Origin: Chlamydiota bacterium
GTDB taxonomy: Bacteria > Auribacterota > Tritonobacteria > UBA1439
Length of the DNA: 19,683 bases
Assembly: GCA_037133055.1 (NCBI GenBank)
Contig: JBAXOY010000054.1
Coordinates: forward strand, 1 to 19,683
Direction of reading: 5' to 3'
In this document: positions 8,784 through 17,029 of the stretch, in pieces
How the letters are laid out: each line of letters begins with the position of its first letter
Numbering within the stretch: the first letter of the stretch is position 1
The notes under the pieces: model-generated
What the model was told of the DNA's origin: nothing
What the model saw: only the letters and a program-made list of their open reading frames with translations
Databases searched by the model: none
Made by a program: the position numbers and the translations under genes

Positions 8784-9569
8784 ATGAATATAATCGTCTG
8801 CATCAAGCAGGTTCCCGACACCACGTCGGTGAAGCTGGACCCCGAGACGCGGACCCTCATCCGTGAAGGGGTGCCCAGCATCATCAACCCGTTCGACATG
8901 TACGCCATCGAGGAGGGGCTCCGCCTCAAGGAGAAGCACGGCGGCGCGGTCACCGCGATCACGATGGGCCCGCCGCAGGCCGACTCAGCCCTTCGCGAGG
9001 CGATCTCGCTCGGCGTCGACGAGGCCGTGCACCTGTGCGACGCGGCCTTCAAGGGATCGGACACCCTGGCCACCTCCTACATCCTTGCGGCGGGGATACG
9101 GAAGCTCGGGGCATTCGACCTGATCCTGTGCGGGAAGCAGGCGAGCGACGGCGACACGGCGCAGGTGGGCCCAGGTATCGCGATGCAGCTCGACCTCCCC
9201 CAGGTCGTCTTCGTGCGGAAGATACTGGAGCTCAAGGATGGGCGGCTCACGGTCGAGCGGATGATGGAGGAGGGCTACGACGTGGTCGAACTCCCGCTCC
9301 CGGCCCTCCTGACCGTGACGAAGGAGATCAACGAACCCCGCCTTCCCTCGCTCAAGGGGAAGATGCGGGCGAAAAAGGCGGCGCTGCGCACCATGAGCGC
9401 CGCGGAGATCGGCGCCGACCCGGCCCGCATCGGCCTGGAAGGTTCGCCGACCTGGGTGGAGAAGGTGTTCACGCCGCCCCATCGCGGCACGGGGACGGTG
9501 TGGAAGGGAGAGGCGGAAGAGCTCGTCGCGCGGCTCGTCGCGGAGATCGAGAAGTTCAAGCTCGGTTGA
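8784..9569 (+). CDS. etfB: Electron transfer flavoprotein subunit beta
   Basis: IIVCIKQVPDT, INPFD, TMGPPQA, GSDTLATS, CGKQASDGDTAQVGP, EINEPRLPS, GSPTWV; TTG at 8778 is an alternative start. Confidence 0.95.
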   Translation: MNIIVCIKQVPDTTSVKLDPETRTLIREGVPSIINPFDMYAIEEGLRLKEKHGGAVTAITMGPPQADSALREAISLGVDEAVHLCDAAFKGSDTLATSYILAAGIRKLGAFDLILCGKQASDGDTAQVGPGIAMQLDLPQVVFVRKILELKDGRLTVERMMEEGYDVVELPLPALLTVTKEINEPRLPSLKGKMRAKKAALRTMSAAEIGADPARIGLEGSPTWVEKVFTPPHRGTGTVWKGEAEELVARLVAEIEKFKLG

Positions 9570-9630
9570 TAGTGGGGGAGCTTCGGATGCAGGTCATCCC
9601 TGACCCCTGAACGCGTGCATCGAGGTCATC

Positions 9631-10839
9631 ATGGCATGGCTCGAGGTGGTGGAGGAGAAATGCGTCGGGTGCGGCGCCTGCCTCACGGCGTGTCCGTACG
9701 AGGCGCTCGCGATCAAGGATACGCTCGCGGTGGTGAACGACCTCTGCACGCTCTGCGGCGCCTGCGTCGAGTCCTGCCCCTATGAGGCGCTGGTGCTGCG
9801 GAAGGAGGGCGCGGCGGCCGCGGGGGGGACGCTGTCGGATTCCCGCGGCGTGATGGTGGTCGCGGAGCAGAAGCGGGGCGTGGTGCAGAGCGTCTCGTTC
9901 GAGCTGCTGGGCGTCGGGCGCAGGCTCGCGGAGGACACCGGCGCGGGTCTCAGCGCGGTGCTCATAGGGCATGACGTCGTCCCGCAGGCGAAGCGCCTTA
10001 TCGCGTACGGGGCGGACCGTGTGTTCGTCTTCCAGTCCGGGGCGCTCGAACAGTTCAACGACGAGGCCTACGCGAAGATCCTCGCGCGGATCATCCGCGC
10101 CGAGAAGCCGGAGATCGTCATCGCGGGCGCCACCTGTATAGGACGGGCGCTCATCCCGCGCGTCGCCGTGGAGCTGGGGACCGGTCTCACCGCCGACTGC
10201 ACCGGGCTCGAGATCCAGGAGGAGACGCGTCATCTCGCCCAGACGCGGCCCGCCTTCGGGGGCAATATCATGGCGACGATCCTGTGCACGAGGCACAGGC
10301 CCCAGATGGCGACGGTCCGCCACAAGGTCATGAGGGCCCTCGTTCCCGACGAGAGCCGCGCGGGAGAGGTCATCGAGGTTCCCCCCGCGGAAGGCGATCT
10401 CGTGACGCGCGCGAGGGTCTTGAAAAGCGTGGAGGAAACGGCCGGGACGGTCAACATCGCCGAGGCCGACATCATTGTCTCCGGGGGAAGGGGGATGCGG
10501 GGATCCGAGCATTTTTCCCTGATCGCCGAACTGGCGAAGGCCCTCGGCGCGGCGGTCGGGGCGTCGCGGTCAGCCGTGGATGCCGGGTGGGTGCCCTATT
10601 CGTACCAGGTCGGCCAGACGGGGAAGACCGTGCAGCCGAAGCTGTACCTCGCCTGCGGGATCTCCGGCGCGATCCAGCACCTCGTGGGGATGCAGTCCTC
10701 CGACATCATCATCGCGATCAACAAGGACCCCGACGCCCCGATATTCAAGGTCGCGACCTACGGCATCGTCGGCGACCTGTTTGAGATCATCCCGCGCCTC
10801 ACCAGAGAGATCCAGCGCCGCAGGAAGGTCGGGAGCTGA
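9631..10839 (+). CDS. etfA: Electron transfer flavoprotein subunit alpha with N-terminal 2x[4Fe-4S] ferredoxin domain
   Basis: CVGCGACLTACP and CTLCGACVESCP at the N-terminus; GLTADCT, RPAFGGN, RPQMATVR, VSGGRG, QVGQTGKTV, GISGAIQHLVGM, AINKDPDAPIF. Confidence 0.95.
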   Translation: MAWLEVVEEKCVGCGACLTACPYEALAIKDTLAVVNDLCTLCGACVESCPYEALVLRKEGAAAAGGTLSDSRGVMVVAEQKRGVVQSVSFELLGVGRRLAEDTGAGLSAVLIGHDVVPQAKRLIAYGADRVFVFQSGALEQFNDEAYAKILARIIRAEKPEIVIAGATCIGRALIPRVAVELGTGLTADCTGLEIQEETRHLAQTRPAFGGNIMATILCTRHRPQMATVRHKVMRALVPDESRAGEVIEVPPAEGDLVTRARVLKSVEETAGTVNIAEADIIVSGGRGMRGSEHFSLIAELAKALGAAVGASRSAVDAGWVPYSYQVGQTGKTVQPKLYLACGISGAIQHLVGMQSSDIIIAINKDPDAPIFKVATYGIVGDLFEIIPRLTREIQRRRKVGS

Positions 10840-10884
10840 CGGGACGGAAATATCCCCGCCCCGGCCCCCCGATACGTGACGAGC

Positions 10885-13800
10885 ATGCATTTCAAGTCCC
10901 TCGAGCTCTCGGGATTCAAATCCTTCGCCGACAGGACCCGCTTCGACTTCGAGCCCGGCGTCACGGCCGTCATCGGGCCCAACGGCTGCGGCAAGAGCAA
11001 CATCGCCGACGCCATCCGCTGGGTCCTCGGGGAGCAGAATGCGCGCCTTCTCAGGGGCCAGAAGATGGAGGACGTGATCTTCAGCGGCTCCGACCTCCGC
11101 AAGCCGCTCGGCCTCGCCGATGTGTCCCTCACCCTCTCCGGCGTCGACGCAGTCCTTCCCGTGGACTACCGCGAGATCACGGTCACCCGCCGCGTCTTCC
11201 GCTCCGGCGAGGGGCAGTACCTCATCAACAAGAATGCCTGCCGGCTCAGGGACATCGACGACCTCTTCACGGGCACCGGCATCGGGCTGAGCGCCTACTC
11301 CATCATGGAGCAGGGGAAGATGGACATGGTGCTCAGCTCGAAGCCCGAGGACCGCCGCTTCATCTTCGAGGAAGCGGCGGGGATCACCAAGTACAAGGAG
11401 AAGAAGCGGGAGGCGCTTCGAAAGTTCGAGGCCACGGAGGAGAACCTTGTCCGCCTGAGCGATATCATCAAGGAGGTGCGGCGCCAGCTCGCCTCCGTGG
11501 AGCGGCAGGCCTCGCGCGCCCGGCGCGCGAGGGAGACGGGTGACAGGCTGAAGGAGATCGAGCTGCAGTTCGCCGCGAAGCGCCTGTCGGACCTCGACGC
11601 GGCGCTGAGGGCGGTCGAGGAGACGCGGGACGCGGCGAGGCGCGATGAAGACGAGGCGGCTCGGAATATCGGAGAACTCGAGGCGGAGGGGAAGGCGCTG
11701 CACGCGCAGTTGAGGTCCCTCGACGAGGAACTCGGCACCGTGCAGGCCCGCCGCATGGGCGTGAGCGGCACCATCGAAAGCAGCAGGACCCGGATCGAGA
11801 CAAACGGGCGGCAGATCCGCGAGATCGAGGAGCGCGAGGGCGTGTACGCCCGCGAGCTGGATGCGCTCAAGATCGCGCAGGCGGCCCTCGAGCAGGAGGA
11901 GGGCGGCCTCGCGGCGGCGCGGGGGGCCGCCGCGGAAGAGTGCCGGGCCGCGGCGGACGACCTGGATGCGGCGGCGAAGGCGTGCGAAGAGCTTCGGATC
12001 AGGCTGCAGGAGAGCGAGGAAAGGGCCCAGCGTCAGAGGGGAGAGCTCATCGAGCTCATCAACCTCAACTCGAAGCACCGGAACGAGCTCTCGGGGCTCC
12101 GGTACAGCGCAAGGACCGCGGCGCTGCGGGGCGCGCGGCTCGGGGTGGAGGAGCGCGAACTCGCTGAGAAGGTTCAGCGGGCGCGGCAGATGCTCCAGGA
12201 GAAGGGGGCCGGCAGGGAGCGGCTCGCGGCGGCGCGCGAGGAGGGGGCCCGGGGGCTCGAGCGCGCACAGACCGCGGCGGAGGACGCGAGGCGCGAGGCC
12301 GAGGGCGTAAGGGAAGAACTGCTCAGGCGGGAAAAAGAGCTCGCGTGCTGCGAGTCCGAGCGCGGGCTCATCGCGCGCTACCGGGCCTCGTACGAGGGGT
12401 ACGCGGGCGGCGTGCGGGCGGTGATGGAGGAGGCCGGCCGGGAGGGGTCGGGACTCGCGGGCATCATCGGGGCGGTCGGCGAGAAGGTCAAGGCCCGTCC
12501 CGGCTGCGAGCGTGCCCTCGAGGCGGCGCTCGGGCACTCGCTTCAGCATATCCTCACGCGCTCCGTCGGGGACGCGCGCAACGCCCTCGCGTTCCTCGGG
12601 GACAGGGCGGACGCCGGCTTCCTCCCCTGCGACGGCCTGGCGCCCGCCGCGGGCGTCGGGGCACCGCGGGGCGACGGCCTCCTCGGGCGCGCGCTCGATC
12701 ATGTCTCCTGCGACCCCGCCTTCGCCCCGGCGGCCGTCTTTCTCTTGGGCGCCACATGGTTTGTGCGCGATCTCGACTCGGCGGCCGCGCTGCTCGGGGC
12801 CTGTGCGCCCGGCGGGCGGCTTGCCACGCTCTCGGGGGAGCTCCTTGTCGCGGGGGGACCGATCGAGACGGTGGGGCGCGGGCGCGGGGCGTCGCCCCTC
12901 ATCACGAGGGACCGTGAACTCGAACAACTCTCTGCGCGGACCGAAACGCTCAGGATGGAGCGGGAAGGACTTCTTGCGGTCCTCAACGCGAGCGATGAGA
13001 ATCGGCGCGGGCTCGAGGGGGCGCTCGGAGGGGCGCGGGAGACGCTGCGGCAGCGAGAGATCGAGCTTGCGGAGGCCCGGGCGGAGGAGTCACAGGCCGC
13101 GGGGGACCTCGGCCGCCTCGATGCGGAGCTCAAGGCGGTGAGGGGGGAATCGGCGGAGCTCGAAAACCAGAGGAGCGAGTCCGCGATCCGGGAGGGGCAG
13201 CTCGACAGGGAGATCGCGGAGAACGAGGAGCGGGAGAAAGCGCTCCAGGACTCTCTCTCGACCGCCCAGGCGGGGACGGAAACGGGGGAGCGCGAGCTCG
13301 AGGGGCGGCAGGCCGCCGTCGTCGAGATGAAGATGCGCCGCGCCTCGGCAGAGGCCAGGGAGCACGGCCTTCGCACGGACCTCGATCGCGCGAAGCGGGA
13401 GATCGCCAAAAACCGGGAGGCGATCGCCGCGCGGAGCGCCCAGCGGGAGCGGGAGGGTGCGCGGCGCGCGGAACTCATCTCCGAGATCGAGGATCTTCGC
13501 CGGTCGATGGAGGCCCTTATCGCCGAACGGGACATGACCGAGACCGACGCCCGGGAGCGGGAGGGGAGAAAGGCGGCCCTCTACGATCGGCAGCGGGAAC
13601 TCGACGATCTCCTGCGGGAGAAGGTCGCTTCGATGGGGGCAGTGAAGGACCGGGTGGCCCAGCTGTCGGTCGCGCTCGCCGAGCAGCGGGGGGAGCGAAA
13701 CCGCGTGATCGAGCGTGTCCGCGACGGGTACGGCGAGGACCTCGCCGTGGTCCGCGTCGAGCCCGGGGCCGCGGACTGGGCGGCGGTGGAGGGGGAGATC

Positions 13801-14691
13801 GGGGAGCTCAGGGAGAAGCTGCACCGCATCGGCCCCGTCAACATGGTGGCGCTCGAGGAACACGAGGAGCTCGCGGGGAGGCTGAATTTCCTCACCACTC
13901 AGGAGGCCGACCTCATCGCGGCCAAGGAATCGCTGGGGAAGGCGATCGCCAGGATCAACGCCGAGACGACCCGGATGTTTTCGCAGACCTTCGAGAAGAT
14001 ACGGGGGAATTTCAAGGAGATCTACCGGGAGCTCTTCGGGGGAGGGAACGCCGACCTGGTCCTTGAGGAGGGGGTGGACGTCCTCGAGGCGGGCATCAAC
14101 ATAGTCGCCCGTCCGCCGGGGAAAAAGCTCCAGGCCCTCTCCCTGCTCTCCGGGGGGGAAAAGGCCCTGACGGCGGTGGCACTCCTCTTCGCGATATTCA
14201 AGGTCAGGCCGAGCCCCTTCTGCGTGCTTGACGAGATCGATGCGCCGCTCGACGAGTCAAACATCAACCGCTTCCTGGCGATGCTGGGGCAGTTTTTGAT
14301 GCACACGCAGTTCATTATCGTGACCCACAACAAGCGGACCATCAGCATGGCGGACGTGATGTACGGCATCACCATGGAGGAGTCCGGGGTCTCCAAGGTC
14401 GTATCGGTGAAGTTCGGCAAGGGGCACAAAAAGGGGGGCGCGCGCGCCGAGGCGCGCGGCGGATCCGCTCGGGCGGGGGATGGAGCAACGCCTGGGGCCG
14501 CGGAGCCCGTGCATGAGCTCCCCGGTACGGCGGGCACGGCACCTGCTCAAAACCCCGGCGGGGCGGTCGAGGAACGGATGAAAGCGGCCGATGCGGGGGA
14601 AGCCCCGCAGGAACAATCGCCCGGCCCCCCCCCCGGAAGGGATGGGGAGGCCGTCGAGGCGGAAGCGGGCGGGGGCGACGAGGGCGGGTAA
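10885..14691 (+). CDS. smc: Chromosome segregation protein SMC
   Basis: LSGFKSFAD, Walker A GPNGCGKSN, long coiled coils with central hinge, GPVN, signature LSGGEKAL, Walker B LDEIDAPLDE, QFIIVTHNK; ATG 10885 (GTG 10876 alternative). Confidence 0.96.
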   Translation: MHFKSLELSGFKSFADRTRFDFEPGVTAVIGPNGCGKSNIADAIRWVLGEQNARLLRGQKMEDVIFSGSDLRKPLGLADVSLTLSGVDAVLPVDYREITVTRRVFRSGEGQYLINKNACRLRDIDDLFTGTGIGLSAYSIMEQGKMDMVLSSKPEDRRFIFEEAAGITKYKEKKREALRKFEATEENLVRLSDIIKEVRRQLASVERQASRARRARETGDRLKEIELQFAAKRLSDLDAALRAVEETRDAARRDEDEAARNIGELEAEGKALHAQLRSLDEELGTVQARRMGVSGTIESSRTRIETNGRQIREIEEREGVYARELDALKIAQAALEQEEGGLAAARGAAAEECRAAADDLDAAAKACEELRIRLQESEERAQRQRGELIELINLNSKHRNELSGLRYSARTAALRGARLGVEERELAEKVQRARQMLQEKGAGRERLAAAREEGARGLERAQTAAEDARREAEGVREELLRREKELACCESERGLIARYRASYEGYAGGVRAVMEEAGREGSGLAGIIGAVGEKVKARPGCERALEAALGHSLQHILTRSVGDARNALAFLGDRADAGFLPCDGLAPAAGVGAPRGDGLLGRALDHVSCDPAFAPAAVFLLGATWFVRDLDSAAALLGACAPGGRLATLSGELLVAGGPIETVGRGRGASPLITRDRELEQLSARTETLRMEREGLLAVLNASDENRRGLEGALGGARETLRQREIELAEARAEESQAAGDLGRLDAELKAVRGESAELENQRSESAIREGQLDREIAENEEREKALQDSLSTAQAGTETGERELEGRQAAVVEMKMRRASAEAREHGLRTDLDRAKREIAKNREAIAARSAQREREGARRAELISEIEDLRRSMEALIAERDMTETDAREREGRKAALYDRQRELDDLLREKVASMGAVKDRVAQLSVALAEQRGERNRVIERVRDGYGEDLAVVRVEPGAADWAAVEGEIGELREKLHRIGPVNMVALEEHEELAGRLNFLTTQEADLIAAKESLGKAIARINAETTRMFSQTFEKIRGNFKEIYRELFGGGNADLVLEEGVDVLEAGINIVARPPGKKLQALSLLSGGEKALTAVALLFAIFKVRPSPFCVLDEIDAPLDESNINRFLAMLGQFLMHTQFIIVTHNKRTISMADVMYGITMEESGVSKVVSVKFGKGHKKGGARAEARGGSARAGDGATPGAAEPVHELPGTAGTAPAQNPGGAVEERMKAADAGEAPQEQSPGPPPGRDGEAVEAEAGGGDEGG

Positions 14692-14717
14692 CCGGGCGCC
14701 CCGGGGAGTAACGACGC

Positions 14718-15200
14718 ATGGCCTTTTCAATGATCGACCGGATCGTGGAGTGCGAGAAGGGGAAGCGCCTCACGGCATTGAAGGTGCTTTCCCGCAGCGA
14801 GGAATACCTCGCGGACCATTTCCCCTCCTTTCCCATCATGCCCGGCGTGCTCATGCTCGAGGCGATGGTCCAGGCGGGGGCCTGGCTCATGCGGCTGAGC
14901 GAGGGGTTTTTCCCGCCGATCATCCTTCTCCGCGAGGTGAGGGCGGTGCGCTACGGGAGCGTCGTGAAGCCCGGCGACGAACTCAGGGTCGAGGTGGAGC
15001 TCGCAAGGCGAGACGGCGAAGATGCGTTTTTCAAGGGGAGCGGGAGGGTGGGCGAGAGGAATGCCGTCGTCGGCCGGTTTGTCCTCAGGCGGATTTCGCT
15101 GGTCCGGCTTGACCCCGGCCTCGAGAGGGCGGAGGGGGATGTCGCGCGATTCCTCGAAGGGCAGCTTCCCTCGCTCATGGAAAGCGGACGGGTTTTTTAG
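14718..15200 (+). CDS. FabZ-like 3-hydroxyacyl-ACP dehydratase (hot-dog fold), atypical copy 1
   Basis: IDRI, DHFPSFPIMPGVLMLEAMVQ (catalytic His and Glu positions), VVKPGDEL; lacks the N-terminal LPHRYPF of canonical FabZ and has a C-terminal extension; GGGAG Shine-Dalgarno. Confidence 0.85.
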   Translation: MAFSMIDRIVECEKGKRLTALKVLSRSEEYLADHFPSFPIMPGVLMLEAMVQAGAWLMRLSEGFFPPIILLREVRAVRYGSVVKPGDELRVEVELARRDGEDAFFKGSGRVGERNAVVGRFVLRRISLVRLDPGLERAEGDVARFLEGQLPSLMESGRVF

Positions 15201-15229
15201 AGGTGTGGCACCATATACAGGGAGGGATG

Positions 15230-15991
15230 ATGGACGCGGAATTCAAGGGGGCATCGGTGCTGGTCACCGGCGGCGCGCGGGGCATCGGGAAGTCGATTGC
15301 CCTCGCGTTCGCGGCGCGCGGTGCCTCGGTCGCGATCGTGTATGCGAAGAACCACGAGGCCGCGGCGCGGACCGTCGGGGAGATGAATGCGCGGGGAGGC
15401 GCGGGGATGGCGGTCTGCTGCGACGTGCGCGACCCTGAGGCGGTCGTCGCCGCGGTGGCGCGCATCGAGGCGCAGCAGGGCGGGATAGGGATCCTCGTCA
15501 ACTCAGCGGGCTGTGTCCGGGATTCGCTGCTCGTGACGATGCCGATCGAGGATTGGCGCGCGGTGATCGACACGAACCTGCACGGGCCCTTCCACTGCAT
15601 GCGGGCGGTCGCCGAGGGGATGGTGCTCCGGAGAAACGGGAGAATCATCAACATCTCCTCGCTCGCCGGCGAGCGAGGGGGCCGGGGGCAGGCGAACTAC
15701 GCGGCGTCCAAGGGGGGGCTCAACGCCCTCACCAGGGCCGCGGCGCTGGAGCTGGCGCCCCGCGGCATCACCGTGAACGCCGTCGCCCCGGGCATGGTGG
15801 TGACGGATATGACGGAGACCGTGCGCGGGCTCGCCGGGGACAGTCTGAAGAAATCCATCCCCGCCAGGAGATTCGCCGTTCCCGAGGATATCGTCGGGGC
15901 AGTGCTGTTCCTCGCATCCCCCGCTGCCTCGTACCTCACCGGGCAGGTAATTGGTGTGGACGGTGGCCTCGGGGCTGCGGTACAATACTGA
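15230..15991 (+). CDS. Second 3-oxoacyl-ACP reductase (FabG-like SDR)
   Basis: TGGARGIG, LVNSAG..RD, GQANYAASKGG, VNAVAPGMV.TDM, VDGG; GGAGGG Shine-Dalgarno favours ATG 15230 (or 15227). Confidence 0.9.
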   Translation: MDAEFKGASVLVTGGARGIGKSIALAFAARGASVAIVYAKNHEAAARTVGEMNARGGAGMAVCCDVRDPEAVVAAVARIEAQQGGIGILVNSAGCVRDSLLVTMPIEDWRAVIDTNLHGPFHCMRAVAEGMVLRRNGRIINISSLAGERGGRGQANYAASKGGLNALTRAAALELAPRGITVNAVAPGMVVTDMTETVRGLAGDSLKKSIPARRFAVPEDIVGAVLFLASPAASYLTGQVIGVDGGLGAAVQY

Positions 15992-16099
15992 CGCGTGTAC
16001 CCGCCCCGTCTGGCCGCACGGGAGAGACGTGGGAGGGGGACCGCGCGGCGCCGCGGGCATTCGCGGCGTTCATACTACATGCACGTGCAGGAGGAGAAT

Positions 16100-16483
16100 A
16101 TGGCTGAACAGGACGAAGTCTACAAGAAGATCAAGGAGTGCATGATCGAGGCGCTCGGCGTGGACGAAGCCGACATCACCCCCGGCGCCCGCATCATGGA
16201 CGACCTCGGGGCGGAATCCATCGATTTCCTCGACATCGTCTTCAGGCTCGAAAAGGCCTTCGGGATCAAGATCCCGCGCGGCGGCCTCTTCCCCGAGAAC
16301 ATCCTCTCCAACGACGCCTTCGTCAAGGACGGGAAGGTAACCCCCCAGGGGCTCACCGAGCTCAGGAAGCGCATGCCGTGCGCCGATCTCGCCTCGTTCG
16401 AGAAGGACCCCCGCGTGAGCAACTTCTCAAGCCTCTTCACCGTCGATCTGATCCACCGGTATGTCGCAAGCGTGCTCGGCTAA
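16100..16483 (+). CDS. Enlarged acyl carrier protein (127 aa) with GAESID attachment motif
   Basis: ALGVDEADITPGARIMDDLGAESIDFLDIVFRLEKAFGIKIP aligns with ACP helices I-II (Ser40); long insertion before the terminal TVDLIHRYV helix; AGGAGGAG Shine-Dalgarno. Confidence 0.9.
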   Translation: MAEQDEVYKKIKECMIEALGVDEADITPGARIMDDLGAESIDFLDIVFRLEKAFGIKIPRGGLFPENILSNDAFVKDGKVTPQGLTELRKRMPCADLASFEKDPRVSNFSSLFTVDLIHRYVASVLG

Positions 16484-17018
16484 GGCGGGAGCCCCTCACC
16501 CGGACGGGCTCCCGGTTTCGATAGGCATCGACGTCGTCGAGATCGACGCGGTGCGACGCCTTCTCTCCCACGGGGTGAGCCGCCTCCGTCGCGTCTTCAC
16601 CCCCGCGGAGCTGCGCGGACGCGGGGTTTCCCGTTTCGCCATCCTCCGGATTGCGCGCCTTGCCTGCGTCTTCGCGGCCAAGGAGGCCGTCTTCAAGGCG
16701 CTGGGGCGCGGGTGGGGCCAGGGGATGCGGTGGAACGAGGTGTGTGTCGTCCGCCTGCCGGGAGGCCGGTGGGCGGCGCGCCTCGATGGGGACGCGGAGA
16801 AGAGATTCCGGGAGCTGGGCGGGTCGGCGCTCGAAATCGCCGCCGGGGCCGGGCGGGGGCACGCGATGGCGTGCGTTTTTCTTTATGGCCCTCCCCGTGA
16901 TACCTATGGCGCGGCGAGGGGGCGAGAGGGCGAGAGGGCGACTTTAAAGTTTGACTGTTGCGCCGCCCCGCCGACACGCCGGTTCGCCGGTTCATACGGC
17001 TCCCATCCCGGGAGATAG
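16461..17018 (+). CDS. acpS: Holo-ACP synthase (AcpS-type 4'-phosphopantetheinyl transferase), divergent
   Basis: IGIDVVEI, RVFTPAE, FAAKEAVFKALGRG; the only canonical start (ATG 16461) overlaps the ACP gene by 23 nt; boundaries uncertain, C-terminal ~45 aa do not look AcpS-like. Confidence 0.75.
   Translation: MSQACSAKAGAPHPDGLPVSIGIDVVEIDAVRRLLSHGVSRLRRVFTPAELRGRGVSRFAILRIARLACVFAAKEAVFKALGRGWGQGMRWNEVCVVRLPGGRWAARLDGDAEKRFRELGGSALEIAAGAGRGHAMACVFLYGPPRDTYGAARGREGERATLKFDCCAAPPTRRFAGSYGSHPGR
16486..16518 (+). terminator. GC-rich hairpin immediately after the long-ACP stop codon (weak terminator or stabiliser)
   Basis: cgggagccc (16486-16494) pairs perfectly with gggctcccg (16506-16514), 11-nt loop, followed by gttt. 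Confidence 0.5.
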
Positions 17019-17029
17019 GATATACACGC

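Noticed and set aside
10570..12927. 785-aa minus-strand ORF and other long antisense ORFs (e.g. 6157-7494, 9556-10512, 2018-2929)
   Set aside because: They lie opposite well-conserved genes, show no recognisable motifs, and are expected shadow ORFs in high-GC coding DNA.
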